Notes under the pieces: generated by a model
What the model saw: the letters and a program-made list of their open reading frames with translations, nothing else
Databases searched by the model: none
What the model was told of the DNA's origin: nothing
Shown: positions 55,001 through 62,807 of the stretch, piece by piece
How positions within the stretch are numbered: the first letter of the stretch is position 1
Layout: the number at the start of each line of letters is the position of its first letter
Made by a program: the position numbers and the translations under genes
Assembly: GCA_035084275.1 (NCBI GenBank)
Contig: CM068744.1
Location: 23,374,001 to 23,438,000 of the forward strand
From: Hydrolagus colliei
Taxonomy: Eukaryota
Reading direction: 5' to 3'
DNA: 64,000 bases

Positions 55001-58000
55001 GACAATATTGCAGAGAAAAGTGGAAGGGTTCAATGTGCTCAGTGTTCAATGATGTAGATTAATAATGGATCAATACACTAAAATTGTGCTAAACTTATAT
55101 TGCACAGTCCTTGAATGGTTCCACTCCTACCTGACCCACCACCTACATTTCATATCCTCCAATAGTTTTTCCTCAAACCCCTGCACAGTCTCTCATGGCG
55201 TCCCCCAGGGCTGTGTCCTCGGCCCCCTCCTTTTCACCATTTACACGCTCCCTCTGGACGATGTCATCCGCAAACATGGGGTAAACTTCCACATGTATGC
55301 GGACGACACCCAGCTGTACCTCTCCGCCTCATCCCTCAACCCCCAGACCATCGATGTTCTGACAGCATGTCTGTCCGACATTGAGTCCTGGACGAGGGAC
55401 AATTTACTCCAATTGAACGTGAGCAAGACCGAGGCCCTCCTGATTGGCTCAAGCCAGTGCCTCCGCACATCGGGCGCTGCCAGCATCAACATCCAAGGCT
55501 GTACTGTCCACCTCACAAAGCCAGTCAGGAACCTCGGCATCACGTTCGACCCCAAACTCTCCTACCTCCTCCACATCTGCGCCTTGACCGGCACCGCCTA
55601 TTTCCACTTGCGCAACATTGCCAGGCTCCACAACTATCTCACTCCCCACGCTGCCGAAACACTCATGCACGCGTACATCACCTCACGGCTGGACTATGGG
55701 AACTCTCTCCTTGTTGGCCTCCCCAGCTCCTCCATTCACAGACTGCAGATCATCCAAAACTCTCCAGACCATGTACTATCCTGCACCCGCCTCCGCGACC
55801 ACATAACCCCCACCCTCGCCCATCTCCATTGGCTCCCCATCCCCCAGAGGATCGAGTTCAAGATCCTCGTCCTCACCTTCAAGGCCTTACACGGCCTTGC
55901 CCCGCCCTATCTTTCCGACCTACTCTCCCCCAACAAAGCCCACCCGGACCCTCCATTCAGCAGGACTTGGCCTGCTCCAAGCCCCCCGCCCGAACCACCC
56001 CACCATTGGAGGCCGAGCCTTCAGTTTTTCCGCTCCCACTCTTTGGAACTCCATCCCCCAATCCCTCCGCCTTGTTTCCTCCCTTTCCTCTTTCAAGGCC
56101 GGTTTGAAGACTTTCCTTTTCGACCGTGCCTTCTGTTCCCCACCTAATTCTTCGACCTCCCCTACGTTTTTTACCCCCTCCCGAACATTCCCCTCCCAGC
56201 TCGGGTCACACGCCTCCTGTGCAGCACCTTGAGACGTCCTCCTGACGTGAAAGGCGCTCTATAAGTGCAATTTGTTGTTGTTGTTATTGCAAGTGGGTTC
56301 TGATTTGTTGTCTCCATTATGACATTTCATTCCATTATCCATATTGGGATTAGGCACGATAAATAAATCTAATAATCCTTACATTTGATATGGTATCTTT
56401 CATGTTTCAAAGCGCCTCACAGGATATACTGTAAACTGCAGTGACTACTCAGCAGACAAATGCAGAAGCCAATTTACACACAAAAACATCCCATAAATAA
56501 TTTCATTTGGGGGATTGTTGGCCAGGACACTAGGAGAAACACGTTTCTCTTTTTGAATAGTGCCATGGAATCTATGATGTCTACCTGAACAGGCTTGTCT
56601 AGATAAGCTAAGTTTACAGTACCTACATGAGGCTTGAATCCACAATCTTGTGACTCAACAACAACAAATCTATACAGCACATTTCACATTGGGAGGACTT
56701 CCCAAGGTTTCACATCAGGAGGTTGTCCCAAGGCTTTCATGTTGGGACGACACCCTAAGATGCTCCAGTAACTAAAGGCAAGATTGCTACTAATTGAATC
56801 ATCACCAACACTATCGTATTGCCTGAAGATGTGACGTGTACTGGTCTTCATAGGAGCCCATCATCTGTAACTGATTTGGATTTGCTGCACTAATCATGGT
56901 GGAAATAATCGTAGGAAGAGAATTTGCCCAAAGCTGAGGAGTTAGCGAGGAGCAACATATGATTGAGAGTGGGGAGGATGGGAACAAAATTGACATTGTT
57001 ATGTACCAGTTAATTTTATTTAAATTTATTGGCTTCTTGTGTAAACCATTTGAGATTAATCTCTGGGTGAGGTTGTATACTTTGTAGGAGGGAGAAGGAT
57101 ATAAATATTCCAATCGTCTTAAAAGACAAATCTCTTATAACTTTTGTCTTGATAGAAGCATTTATTCAGAGGGTAATGAATTTATGGAATTCTCTACCCC
57201 AGAAGGCTGTGGATATTCAGTCATTGAACTTATTCAAGACTGAGATTGACAGTTTGTTTCTAAAGATGATAGAATTAAGGGATATGGGGATAGGGTGGGT
57301 AAATGGAATTAGGATAGAAGATCAGCCATGATCTTATTGAATGGCAGGACAGGCTCGAAGGACCGAATGGCCTACTCCTGCTCCTATGGTAGATTTGAAG
57401 CATGAGGTCCAAGCTTTGGTGTTTGATTAAAAATAATCATTGAATTGGAGGTATGGGCTTCAGGATATATTTGATTTAATATGTTTGCCTGCTGTACTGA
57501 AAACCTACTGCTTTTCTGTTTCATGTATTCTTTATTAGACCTTAACTATAAAAAGCTGACCGATGGAGATTCTGATCCTTTGGAGCCATTGCAGCCCGTT
57601 CTCACCAGCCAGAATATCTTATCTATTTCTAAACTGGCACCCAAAATTCCTGGTAAAGATGGGATAATGCTTTCCTCAAGCTCCATTTATGCAACGTGGC
57701 TTAGTAAACTTTTCTGGAATGGAGACCCTCAGCTTATTAAAAAGCAGCCACAGATAACGACAGAATGGTTAAACGCCTACGACACATGTGCAAAATACTT
57801 TGACAGGCTTCACCCTTCAGACATTGTCGGATTCATAGATGGCATCACGTTCTCGGCTAATGCAGTGAACAAGGTAATGGAAATTATCTATTTTTTAAAA
57901 ATTTGTTTGTTCAAACTAAATTTTGAATTACCTGTATTTATTTTGGGACTGCAGACAATTAAAAAAATACATTTGTTGTATATCACAATGCATGAGTCTA

Positions 58001-61000
58001 CATATCTACATATCTAATCTCATAGAATCTACATATCTAATCTCATAGAATCGGAAATGTTGTAAAGATCTCTGCTATTTTTCATGAATAATGTATACTA
58101 CAATAACCAAATTTTAGCAAGCTAATGAAGATGCCTTTCACTTTACATCTAGATTTTATTGGTGAGACCTTAAGGCCTTTACAAAAATTGTTAAAGATTA
58201 CATTAAGTAGCTGAGGCATAACTGTTCAAAAATTCCATTTACTGTATTGTCTTTAGGACATGCAAACATTTTGTAAATTTGTGCAAACAGAAGCATGGAT
58301 ATTTCAACATGCCAAACCATTGCAAATAACTTGAATCTATTAGCATCTTATCACATTAACATTTCATCTTTAAAACTGTATGCATCAGCATTTAATCCAC
58401 AAGGTTACCCGGCCAGATAATAATGTATTTAGGTGCTGCAGGTGTTCTGCATAACAAGACAAACTTAACCTCCTCAGTTTCCTGTTCTCCCTATCTTTTG
58501 CTACTTTATTTAAAAAAGCAAGAGCATAAAACAATGTTTGGAGATTCCAGCCTAAAAGTGTTAAATTGAGCAAATGATTATTAAATCCAATGTAAAGCCT
58601 CATGTTTGTATTGGGTTTAATATTCCCTCGACATCACATTAAATATCAGTAGGTTTACAATGCATTAATATGGATTTATTAAAAGATTTATCTAACTTCC
58701 TTCAGCATTCCCAAGTGTTCTTTTAAAAATTATACAGGAAACACACCAGCACACTATAAGATAAATGCGAATTTGAAATGGATGCTGATCAACAGAAATA
58801 GCACCACCTTTAATGTGATGTCTCAGGGTGTCTTAAAAATAAAGATTTTTTCCTAATTGTGCATTATTTTTTGTCCATTTTTACATTGATAAATGTAAGT
58901 ATTATTAATCTGTTAAAAATTGAAAGAACTATGCTTGTTTTAATTGTACGTGGAGTCCTGTAGCTCAATGGTTAGAACACTCGCTTTGCAAACGTGAAAC
59001 CTGTGTTTTGAATCCAGGCAGGTCAGGGTGAAACCTTGGGCAAGTTTCCTTAGTCCACACGCCTAATCATAATCCATCCCCAAAAAAACTATAATAAATT
59101 GATCATTTCAATCCATGATTGTTTGTGGGACACTGCTGTGCGCAATTGGCTGCCACATTTCGCTCACAAATATACAGTCAATTCACTTTACAGTATATTC
59201 TGTGAAGCACTTTGAGACATCTAGGAGACATGAAAAACGCTACGTGCAAGGATTATTATTATATTATAGCCACACAAATAATAGTACCACTTATGCATCC
59301 CTTTGTTAGGTGATATAACTTGTATGTGTAAGAAAGCTTTTTACTAGATTTAGCAATGTGGTCCTTGGTATTTCATGTTGCGAAGTCATCCATTATGTCT
59401 CAGTTCAGAAAACAAAAGTATTGGATTCTTGACAGATTTTAGCTAATTCAACCAATTTATTCATACAAATAATAATTGTTGTTTTTGATGCAGCACCTAT
59501 AACATTGAAAGCTCTTCGCAGGTAATTGCTGGCATATGTGTAGTAACTATCAATTCTTAGGCAAGGTCAGCAGCTACCGTAAATACCCGCGTATAAGGCG
59601 CACTTTTTTTCACGTCGGAAGATCTCGAAAGTTGGGGGTGCGCCCTATATGCAGGTACAAGTAACTTTGAGCCTCGGAAATACAGTAAACAGGAGGGGCG
59701 GCCGGCGCGCTGTCAGCCGGGGCTTCGACACTGTGTCCGGTGGGGGTCGGGGGGAGCGGGTGACGAGGCTTCGGCCTCGGCCGCCCGGGCAGCGGCAGCA
59801 GCAGCGGACTTCAGTGCTGAGCCTGCTGCCTGCCTTCTGCCGAACCCAGTCTGCCTGCCTCCCTCTCCTGCCTGCCTCCTCCCTCCCTCCCTCCCTCCCT
59901 CTCTCCCTCCCTCCCTGCCTGCCTCCCTCCCTCTCTCCCTGCCTGCCTCTCTCCCTCCCTCCTGCCTCCCTCCCTCCCTCTCTCCCTGCCTGCCTGCCTC
60001 CCTCTCTCCCTCCCTGCCTGCCTCCCTCTCTCCCTCCCTCCCTGCCTGCCTCCCTCCCTACCTGTCTCTCCTGCCTCCCTCCCTACCTGTCTCTCCTGCC
60101 TCCCTCCCTGTCTCTCCTGCCTCCCTCCCTCTCTGTCTTTCCTGCCTCCCTCCCTCTCTGTCTCTCCTGCCTCCCTCCCTCCCTGTCTCTCCTGCCTCCC
60201 TCCCTCCCTCACTGTCTCTCCTGCCTCCCTCCCTCCCTACCTACCTGTCTCTCCTGCCTCCCTCCCTACCTACCTGTCTCTCCTGCCTCCCTCCCTTCTG
60301 CCGGCAATATCATCGAAAATGCTTCCGTTTTTTTTCACCAGTAAAAGGTCAAAAGTGGGGGGTGCACCTTATACGTGAGTGCGCCTTATACGCGGATATT
60401 TACGGTAATTTGTTTCTAGTAAAGTCCCAGAAGCAACATAAAGTGAATATCCAATATATCTGGAGGACTCTTGAACAGAACACTGAGGAAAACATCTTTT
60501 TTTCCCAATAGTGTAATAACTGATACTGCAGTGCAATAATATTAAAACCAATCCTTACATTTGGTATTGCACGTTTCACATTGGGAGGCCGCTTCACAGC
60601 ATATCCTGCAAACATCCACATACATAATAAAACAACAAATTTACATTTATAGAGCGCTTTTCACATTGGGAGGATGTCCCAAGGCGCTAATAATCCTTGC
60701 ATTTGCTACAGCGCCTTTTCAAGTCTTCTAGAAGTCTCAAAGCACTACAGAATATACTGTAAAGTGAATTGACTATATTCATGGGTGAAACAAGGCAGCC
60801 AATTGCGCACAGTAGTATCCCATAAACAATCATGGATTGACCAAATTGCTATTTTATTTATTTTCTTGAGATTATTATCAGTCATGTGGAATATGGAAAC
60901 TTGCCTAACGGAAATCAAACTAAGTTCTCATTTGCAAGGCGAATGCTTCAACCACTAAGCTTGTGGTTAATAATGTCTGCAATAGGGAACAATATGCACA

Positions 61001-62148
61001 AATTCACACTCCATCTAGCATTGCCAAGTCCCATTTTACAAAGAATTGAGTTGGTTGACTTAGTTGTCTTCAATGCAAGTTAATTGTAGCTGCACCTCTT
61101 GGATTCTTTTGAAGTTCAGAACAACGATGCATATAAACTCAATGTTGTTCCAATAGCCTAAAAACACAGTCTTTGCACCTGCTCAGCTTGGTTGGACCTC
61201 CTGAAATTGACCCACTGATATTGGGTTGAGGTTGCACTCGTAATGAAACTGTCCATTTTTGAGCATTGTTGCTACGGCATTGCTTTAACACTGAAGTAGA
61301 CAGTGCATGCATTGGTGTTTTGCAAGTGTGGTTGAAGGATGCTGATTGTCAAAGAGTGATAAGTTACTATAAACTTGGATTCAATTTTACATCATTAGGT
61401 TGAACATGGTTGAACATGAAATGTAATAATAAAGAAAAATAATACTTGCATTTCATATATCAACTTATCATGTCTTTGAGACGTCCCAAAGCACTTCACA
61501 GAATGTACTGTAAAGTGAATTGACTGTATTTTGTGGGCAAAATGTACAGCATAACAATGGCATAAAAATCGAATTTGTTTCCATACCATTGTAGCACTTT
61601 GCAGAGCATTCAAAATGAAACCTGTACTGCAGGTTAAAATAACAAGCAATGATTTTATACCTAACACATTTTCCTCAACACACTGAAAGTCAATGAGAAA
61701 GAAAACGTTGTCATATTCTATGCCAATGAACATTGATATTCAGTTTATCTGCTCTCTTTTTGACTGTTGTACCCAATTTTCTCTTTCAACAAGCTAATAA
61801 AGAGGAAAGGCTGTTTCAATTAAAGTTTACACACACACTCCCAATAACCCTTCCTTCCCCCAACACACACACACAAACAAACCTATTGCATTCGCTGATG
61901 TTCCTTGAGCTGACTCCATTTTGTTTCAGCTGATTGTTGAAGTCAGGTTCGAGATAACTAAAAGAGCAAAGAAAGCAATCAAACAGATCGGAGAGAAGCA
62001 GCTGAAAAGGGCTCCAGAAGGCAGCATCCCACCTGGAATGAATTCTCAAATCAGCTATAAAGAGGCTTTGGATCATCTACAGCAATCACTAGCTCATCTG
62101 GAAACGCTCAACCACAGCTTTGTCACCTCCCTGAAGGCCAGTGACCAG
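890..62148 (+). CDS. NBAS: NBAS (neuroblastoma-amplified sequence), internal part: 18 coding exons, 5' and 3' ends outside the window
   Basis: 18 AG/GT-bounded exons join in phase to 2803 nt without a stop. The translation matches recalled vertebrate NBAS throughout ([63 protein letters not shown]). Confidence 0.97.
3642..3938 (+). mobile_element. tRNA-derived SINE, short subfamily, full length
   Basis: A-box/B-box head (gcttagtggttag, ggtttgattcc), central tgtgggacactgctgcgtgcaattggctgc block, L2-like tail ending (tta)n; many copies in the window. Confidence 0.85.
4258..4360 (+). CDS. NBAS: NBAS exon b (103 bp)
   Basis: tttag|G...GAG|gtaaat; [34 protein letters not shown]. Confidence 0.95.
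4817..5046 (+). CDS. NBAS: NBAS exon c (230 bp)
   Basis: ttcag|ATA...AG|gtaatc; [24 protein letters not shown]...[17 protein letters not shown]. Confidence 0.96.
7004..7668 (+). mobile_element. L2 LINE family A, young 5'-truncated copy
   Basis: ORF 7041-7625 has L2 ORF2 C-terminal motifs ([35 protein letters not shown]). 3' stem-loop followed by a (ttg)n tail. Confidence 0.92.
8716..8935 (+). mobile_element. Older DeuSINE (SacSINE1-like), 5' part
   Basis: ggctcagtcagtagcac...gggttcaagccccact...aggctgacattcca...gttaaactgaggtcccatctacc matches a recalled shark DeuSINE head and Deu domain. Confidence 0.6.
9182..9294 (+). CDS. NBAS: NBAS exon d (113 bp)
   Basis: gttag|G...G|gtacag; [37 protein letters not shown]. 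Confidence 0.95.
9340..9643 (-). mobile_element. tRNA-derived SINE, short subfamily, full length
   Basis: Reverse complement of the family at 3642 and 58950. Confidence 0.88.
9645..10299 (-). mobile_element. L2 family A 3' fragment
   Basis: Reverse-strand tail (tagcaactttcacatcaggaggatgtcccaaggcgctg) plus degenerate ORF2 end. Confidence 0.85.
11026..12385. mobile_element. Non-autonomous hAT transposon, copy 1 (1360 bp), inserted in a SINE tail
   Basis: TIRs tagggtccggcgatat / atatcgacggacccta (1 mismatch in 16). Perfect 8-bp TSD cttcacag (11018-11025, 12386-12393). Subterminal atatcg/cgatat arrays. Confidence 0.92.
11272..12100 (+). repeat. G-rich minisatellite, ~20-28-bp unit (ggggggagggggagagagacggct)
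   Basis: More than 30 tandem variants of gagagacggct + G-run, inside the hAT element. Confidence 0.95.
13872..14048 (+). mobile_element. Penelope-like terminal-repeat remnant with inverted arms and a degenerate hammerhead core
   Basis: 46-bp perfect inverted repeat (13872-13917 / 13974-14019). The loop contains ctgatga-agggtc-gtg-cacac-aaaacgtt. Same family as 32100-32237. Confidence 0.75.
15317..15430 (+). CDS. NBAS: NBAS exon e (114 bp)
   Basis: aacag|TA...G|gtaagt; [37 protein letters not shown]. Confidence 0.95.
16023..16185. other. Assembly gap (163 N)
   Basis: Run of n. Confidence 1.
16186..16410 (+). repeat. Degenerate (CT)n/(CTGT)n microsatellite
   Basis: tctctctgtctctc arrays next to the gap. 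Confidence 0.9.
17620..18105 (+). mobile_element. Two tandem 5'-truncated SINE copies
   Basis: Two successive central blocks plus L2-like tails ending in (tta)n. Confidence 0.8.
18588..19240 (-). mobile_element. L2 family B, young 5'-truncated copy
   Basis: ORF 18606-19169 ([30 protein letters not shown]). Distinct tail ctctgagacgtcgtccggcgtggagggcgctatataaatc(gtt)n. Confidence 0.92.
19585..19698 (+). CDS. NBAS: NBAS exon f (114 bp)
   Basis: aacag|GG...G|gtgaca; [37 protein letters not shown]. Confidence 0.95.
19752..19838 (+). mobile_element. CR1 3' tail fragment
   Basis: gatcagccatgatcttattga...caggctcga...aatggcctattcttgctcct + (ttcttatg)n. Confidence 0.75.
20080..20555 (-). mobile_element. 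L2 family A 3' fragment
   Basis: Tail stem-loop and [14 protein letters not shown]. Confidence 0.85.
20645..20832 (+). mobile_element. SINE 3' half
   Basis: Central block plus tail, ending ~75 bp before the exon g acceptor. Confidence 0.82.
20908..21065 (+). CDS. NBAS: NBAS exon g (158 bp)
   Basis: cacag|GT...CAG|gtatgg; [36 protein letters not shown]...SSSLQTQ. Confidence 0.95.
21430..21900 (-). mobile_element. Possible very old L1/Tx1-type RT relic
   Basis: Fragmentary KSAFDR...HFEIG...NRNSDKF spacing resembles EKAFDR..FG.G..NG..S..F. Confidence 0.3.
23362..23442 (+). CDS. NBAS: NBAS exon h (81 bp)
   Basis: tccag|GTT...CAG|gtcagc; [27 protein letters not shown]. The 3' half is poorly conserved, so the donor is less certain. 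Confidence 0.85.
23780..24210 (+). mobile_element. L2 family A 3' fragment
   Basis: RPTIGG.GFS..V.TLW and tail gcgccttgggacgtcctcccaacgttaaaggcactata. Confidence 0.85.
24705..24872 (+). CDS. NBAS: NBAS exon i (168 bp)
   Basis: tatag|GCA...CAT|gtaagg; [56 protein letters not shown]. Confidence 0.93.
24910..25268 (-). mobile_element. tRNA-derived SINE, long subfamily
   Basis: Same head and tail as the short form plus an extra ~65-nt block (cctacttactgc). Confidence 0.82.
25672..25785 (+). CDS. NBAS: NBAS exon j (114 bp)
   Basis: tttag|GAT...AAA|gtaagt; [38 protein letters not shown]. Confidence 0.93.
26230..26620 (+). mobile_element. Old CR1 fragment
   Basis: Degenerate aaagctaatcaagtactt..., gtgagaccacatttggaat...ttttggacacc (KAN..L / VRPHLEY..QFW.P). 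Confidence 0.55.
27216..27269 (+). repeat. 23-bp tandem duplication (gaaccagctggcaggcagggaag x2.3)
   Basis: Direct inspection. Confidence 0.9.
28429..29050 (-). pseudogene. Fossil hAT transposase C-terminus (CGGBP1-related type)
   Basis: Minus-strand translation [10 protein letters not shown]...EWHAY...MAIW*...[36 protein letters not shown] fits the hAT dimerisation domain. Stops and frameshifts present. Confidence 0.7.
29089..29414 (+). mobile_element. tRNA-derived SINE, short subfamily, full length
   Basis: tagcttggtggttagagc A-box, gttcgaatcc B-box, (tta)n tail. Confidence 0.9.
31247..31620. mobile_element. Possible Tigger/pogo-type MITE, one end only
   Basis: ta|cagtaaactctc...tatc(c)g repeats; matching second TIR not found. 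Confidence 0.35.
31727..32237. mobile_element. Penelope-like element remnant with inverted structure
   Basis: Minus strand 31847-31894 encodes [16 protein letters not shown] (GIY-YIG C-terminal LGTL.P.GLN motif). 31727-31793 is inverted relative to 31915-32120. Terminal repeat shared with 13921-14048. Confidence 0.8.
32458..32581 (+). CDS. NBAS: NBAS exon k (124 bp)
   Basis: aacag|AAT...G|gtaaat; [41 protein letters not shown]. Confidence 0.94.
34340..34807 (+). mobile_element. L2 family B, young 5'-truncated copy
   Basis: Closely similar to the reverse complement of 18588-19060. Confidence 0.92.
34810..35115 (+). mobile_element. Ancient AmnSINE2-like relic
   Basis: tgtgctgag...gttcctgcttctattgctatccagt...ctggaatgtgcatatgtgtg...agaattgggcttgg matches the recalled AmnSINE2 body. 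Confidence 0.5.
36010..36560 (+). mobile_element. Old L2 fragment
   Basis: LQLNVNKTK motif and degenerate ORF2 end. Confidence 0.6.
38022..38098 (+). CDS. NBAS: NBAS exon l (77 bp)
   Basis: gacag|TT...CAG|gtatgg; [25 protein letters not shown]. Confidence 0.96.
38512..38850 (-). mobile_element. L2 family A 3' fragment
   Basis: Similar to 9645-10030. Confidence 0.85.
38900..39075 (+). mobile_element. SINE 3' half
   Basis: tgtgggatactgctgtgcgcaattggctgccgcg block plus tail. Confidence 0.82.
41215..41500 (+). mobile_element. tRNA-derived SINE, long subfamily, 5'-truncated
   Basis: ttccttactccacacgcttctg...cagtaagtaggaacccagttgttattcgattggcagg followed by the central block and tail. Confidence 0.8.
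41922..43295 (-). mobile_element. Tigger/pogo DNA transposon, internally deleted (1374 bp)
   Basis: TA-flanked TIRs cagatagaccccgcttaacgaa / ttcggtaagcgggtctacctg. Minus-strand transposase pieces: [17 protein letters not shown] (ATG 43107), [31 protein letters not shown], and C-terminal [30 protein letters not shown]. Confidence 0.92.
43536..43673 (+). CDS. NBAS: NBAS exon m (138 bp)
   Basis: aacag|GTT...AGG|gttagt; [46 protein letters not shown]. Confidence 0.96.
45040..45578 (+). mobile_element. L2 family A 3' fragment
   Basis: [20 protein letters not shown]; tail plus (ttg)n. Confidence 0.88.
46127..46356 (+). CDS. NBAS: NBAS exon n (230 bp)
   Basis: tccag|GCT...GA|gtaagt; [14 protein letters not shown]...[41 protein letters not shown]. 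Confidence 0.96.
46862..47345 (-). mobile_element. L2 family A 3' fragment
   Basis: Reverse tail gtcgggaggacgtcccaaggc and ORF2 end. Confidence 0.85.
47640..48850 (-). mobile_element. Older L2 (family B-like), ~1.2 kb
   Basis: ETALVKV.N...[46 protein letters not shown]. Confidence 0.88.
48983..49316 (-). mobile_element. tRNA-derived SINE, long subfamily
   Basis: Head with ctcgc/gcgag anticodon-like stem, extra block, central block, tail. Confidence 0.85.
49471..49581 (+). CDS. NBAS: NBAS exon o (111 bp)
   Basis: gatag|A...GG|gtaagc; [36 protein letters not shown]. Confidence 0.96.
50072..50492 (-). mobile_element. Older DeuSINE (SacSINE1-like), near full length
   Basis: Reverse of ggctcagttgatagccctcttacctctgagtcagg...gcactccagtgcaatcctgggg...gatcccatggcattatt...; shares the (tta)n L2-like tail. 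Confidence 0.7.
50760..51150 (-). mobile_element. Old CR1 fragment
   Basis: Reverse of ctagttaggctgtacctggactactgtatacatttctgg (LVR.YLDYC.HFW). Confidence 0.55.
51236..51535. mobile_element. Possible hAT-Charlie-type MITE
   Basis: Starts cagggattcccaaact. Imperfect 8-bp flanks gtccaagg / gtctaaag; 3' TIR degenerate. Confidence 0.45.
52292..52542 (+). CDS. NBAS: NBAS exon p (251 bp)
   Basis: aacag|G...G|gtaagt; [24 protein letters not shown]...[18 protein letters not shown]. Confidence 0.94.
52780..53575 (+). mobile_element. L2 family A 3' fragment
   Basis: [27 protein letters not shown]. Confidence 0.88.
54100..54640 (+). mobile_element. Old CR1 fragment
   Basis: ctgtacagctcattggttagg (LY.SLVR), gagattaaga-like 3' region. 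Confidence 0.5.
54665..54978 (-). mobile_element. tRNA-derived SINE, short subfamily, full length
   Basis: Reverse complement of the 58950 family. Confidence 0.88.
55106..56287 (+). mobile_element. L2 family A, longest copy (~1.2 kb, RT C-terminal half)
   Basis: [30 protein letters not shown]. Frameshift near 55935; intact 3' tail. Confidence 0.95.
57160..57390 (+). mobile_element. CR1 3' end
   Basis: [21 protein letters not shown]; tail gaatggcctactcctgctccta. Confidence 0.88.
57539..57873 (+). CDS. NBAS: NBAS exon q (335 bp)
   Basis: attag|AC...AAG|gtaatg; [37 protein letters not shown]...TFSANAVNK. Confidence 0.96.
58950..59262 (+). mobile_element. tRNA-derived SINE, short subfamily, full length
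   Basis: gtggagtcctgtagctcaatggttag head through ggattattattat tail. Confidence 0.9.
59577..60405. mobile_element. Non-autonomous Tc1/mariner (Tc2/pogo-like) transposon (829 bp)
   Basis: 27-bp TIRs ccgtaaatacccgcgtataaggcgcac / gtgcgccttatacgcggatatttacgg (1 mismatch), TA on both sides, CpG-rich. Confidence 0.9.
59850..60300 (+). repeat. C-rich (cctc/cctg) minisatellite inside the Tc2-like element
   Basis: Higher-order units such as ctgtctctcctgcctccctccc. Confidence 0.93.
60545..60960 (-). mobile_element. Stack of SINE tail, L2 tail and SINE, all on the minus strand
   Basis: Three successive 3' stem-loop tails at ~60550, ~60630 and ~60690. Confidence 0.78.
61930..62148 (+). CDS. NBAS: NBAS exon r (219 bp)
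   Basis: ttcag|CTG...CAG|gtaagg; [18 protein letters not shown]...[28 protein letters not shown]. Confidence 0.95.
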
Positions 62149-62629
62149 GTAAGGCTAATCTTGTCCTTCACAGCCAACTGCACCATATTCATCTTCTATG
62201 AAAAGGTGGTTTGTGTTGTCCACAGTGCAGAATTTTTAATCAGAGCTCCTTCTATTCAAAATGAAACCTGTCTGTGGCAGAGAATTAAATGATTTTTACA
62301 TTTGTGGATGTAATTATAGCGTTATGGCCATTACGATGAAGGTCAGAGAGTCTATTTTCCAACAATGTAGCTGAAGCATCAAAACGTAAAGTCCCTTCAG
62401 CCAAACCATATGATGTTTCTCTTACTATAGAATTCTTTACTTTTCATATAAAATTTAGTGTGCTCAATTATTTTTGTCACCTTTAGTTATTGCTCTTTAA
62501 TTCTAGTCCTCAGCTTCATGAAGGTTGAAGTTCAGTGGGCACTGGTCACCCACCTGTACCTGGGTACCAAGCATTGTTCATGTTCAATTGATTATAAATC
62601 AGTTCTATTATACGAATAATAGTAAATAA

Positions 62630-62792
62630 ATAGGTCACTCAATCCACGACTGTTTGTGAGACATTGCTGTGTGCAATTGGCTGCCACGTTTCGCCCACAA
62701 AATACATTTCACTGCAGTGTATTCTGTGAAGCGCTTTGAGGCATCTTGAATAAATGATAAGGCGCTATATAAAATGCAAGGATTATTATTAT
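62630..62792 (+). mobile_element. SINE 3' half
   Basis: Central block plus tail. Confidence 0.82.
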
Positions 62793-62807
62793 GGTAAGCC
62801 TTGGCAG

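Noticed and set aside
55065-56147. 360-aa RT ORF as an active retroelement or domesticated gene
   Set aside because: 5'-truncated L2 with no endonuclease; the ATG comes from flanking DNA and there is a frameshift near 55935.
57997-58052. Short tandem duplications (also 3983-4021 and 27216-27269)
   Set aside because: Ordinary slippage duplications with no sign of function.
58950-59025. tRNA genes (here and at 3642, 29089 and others)
   Set aside because: These are SINE heads: the anticodon loops vary, there is no proper acceptor stem, and each continues into a SINE body.
59649-60344. 231-aa and 133-aa low-complexity ORFs
   Set aside because: They arise from the cctc/cctg array inside the Tc2-like element.
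890-62148. U12-type or non-canonical introns in NBAS
   Set aside because: All 17 internal introns are GT-AG, and none has the GTATCCT U12 donor.
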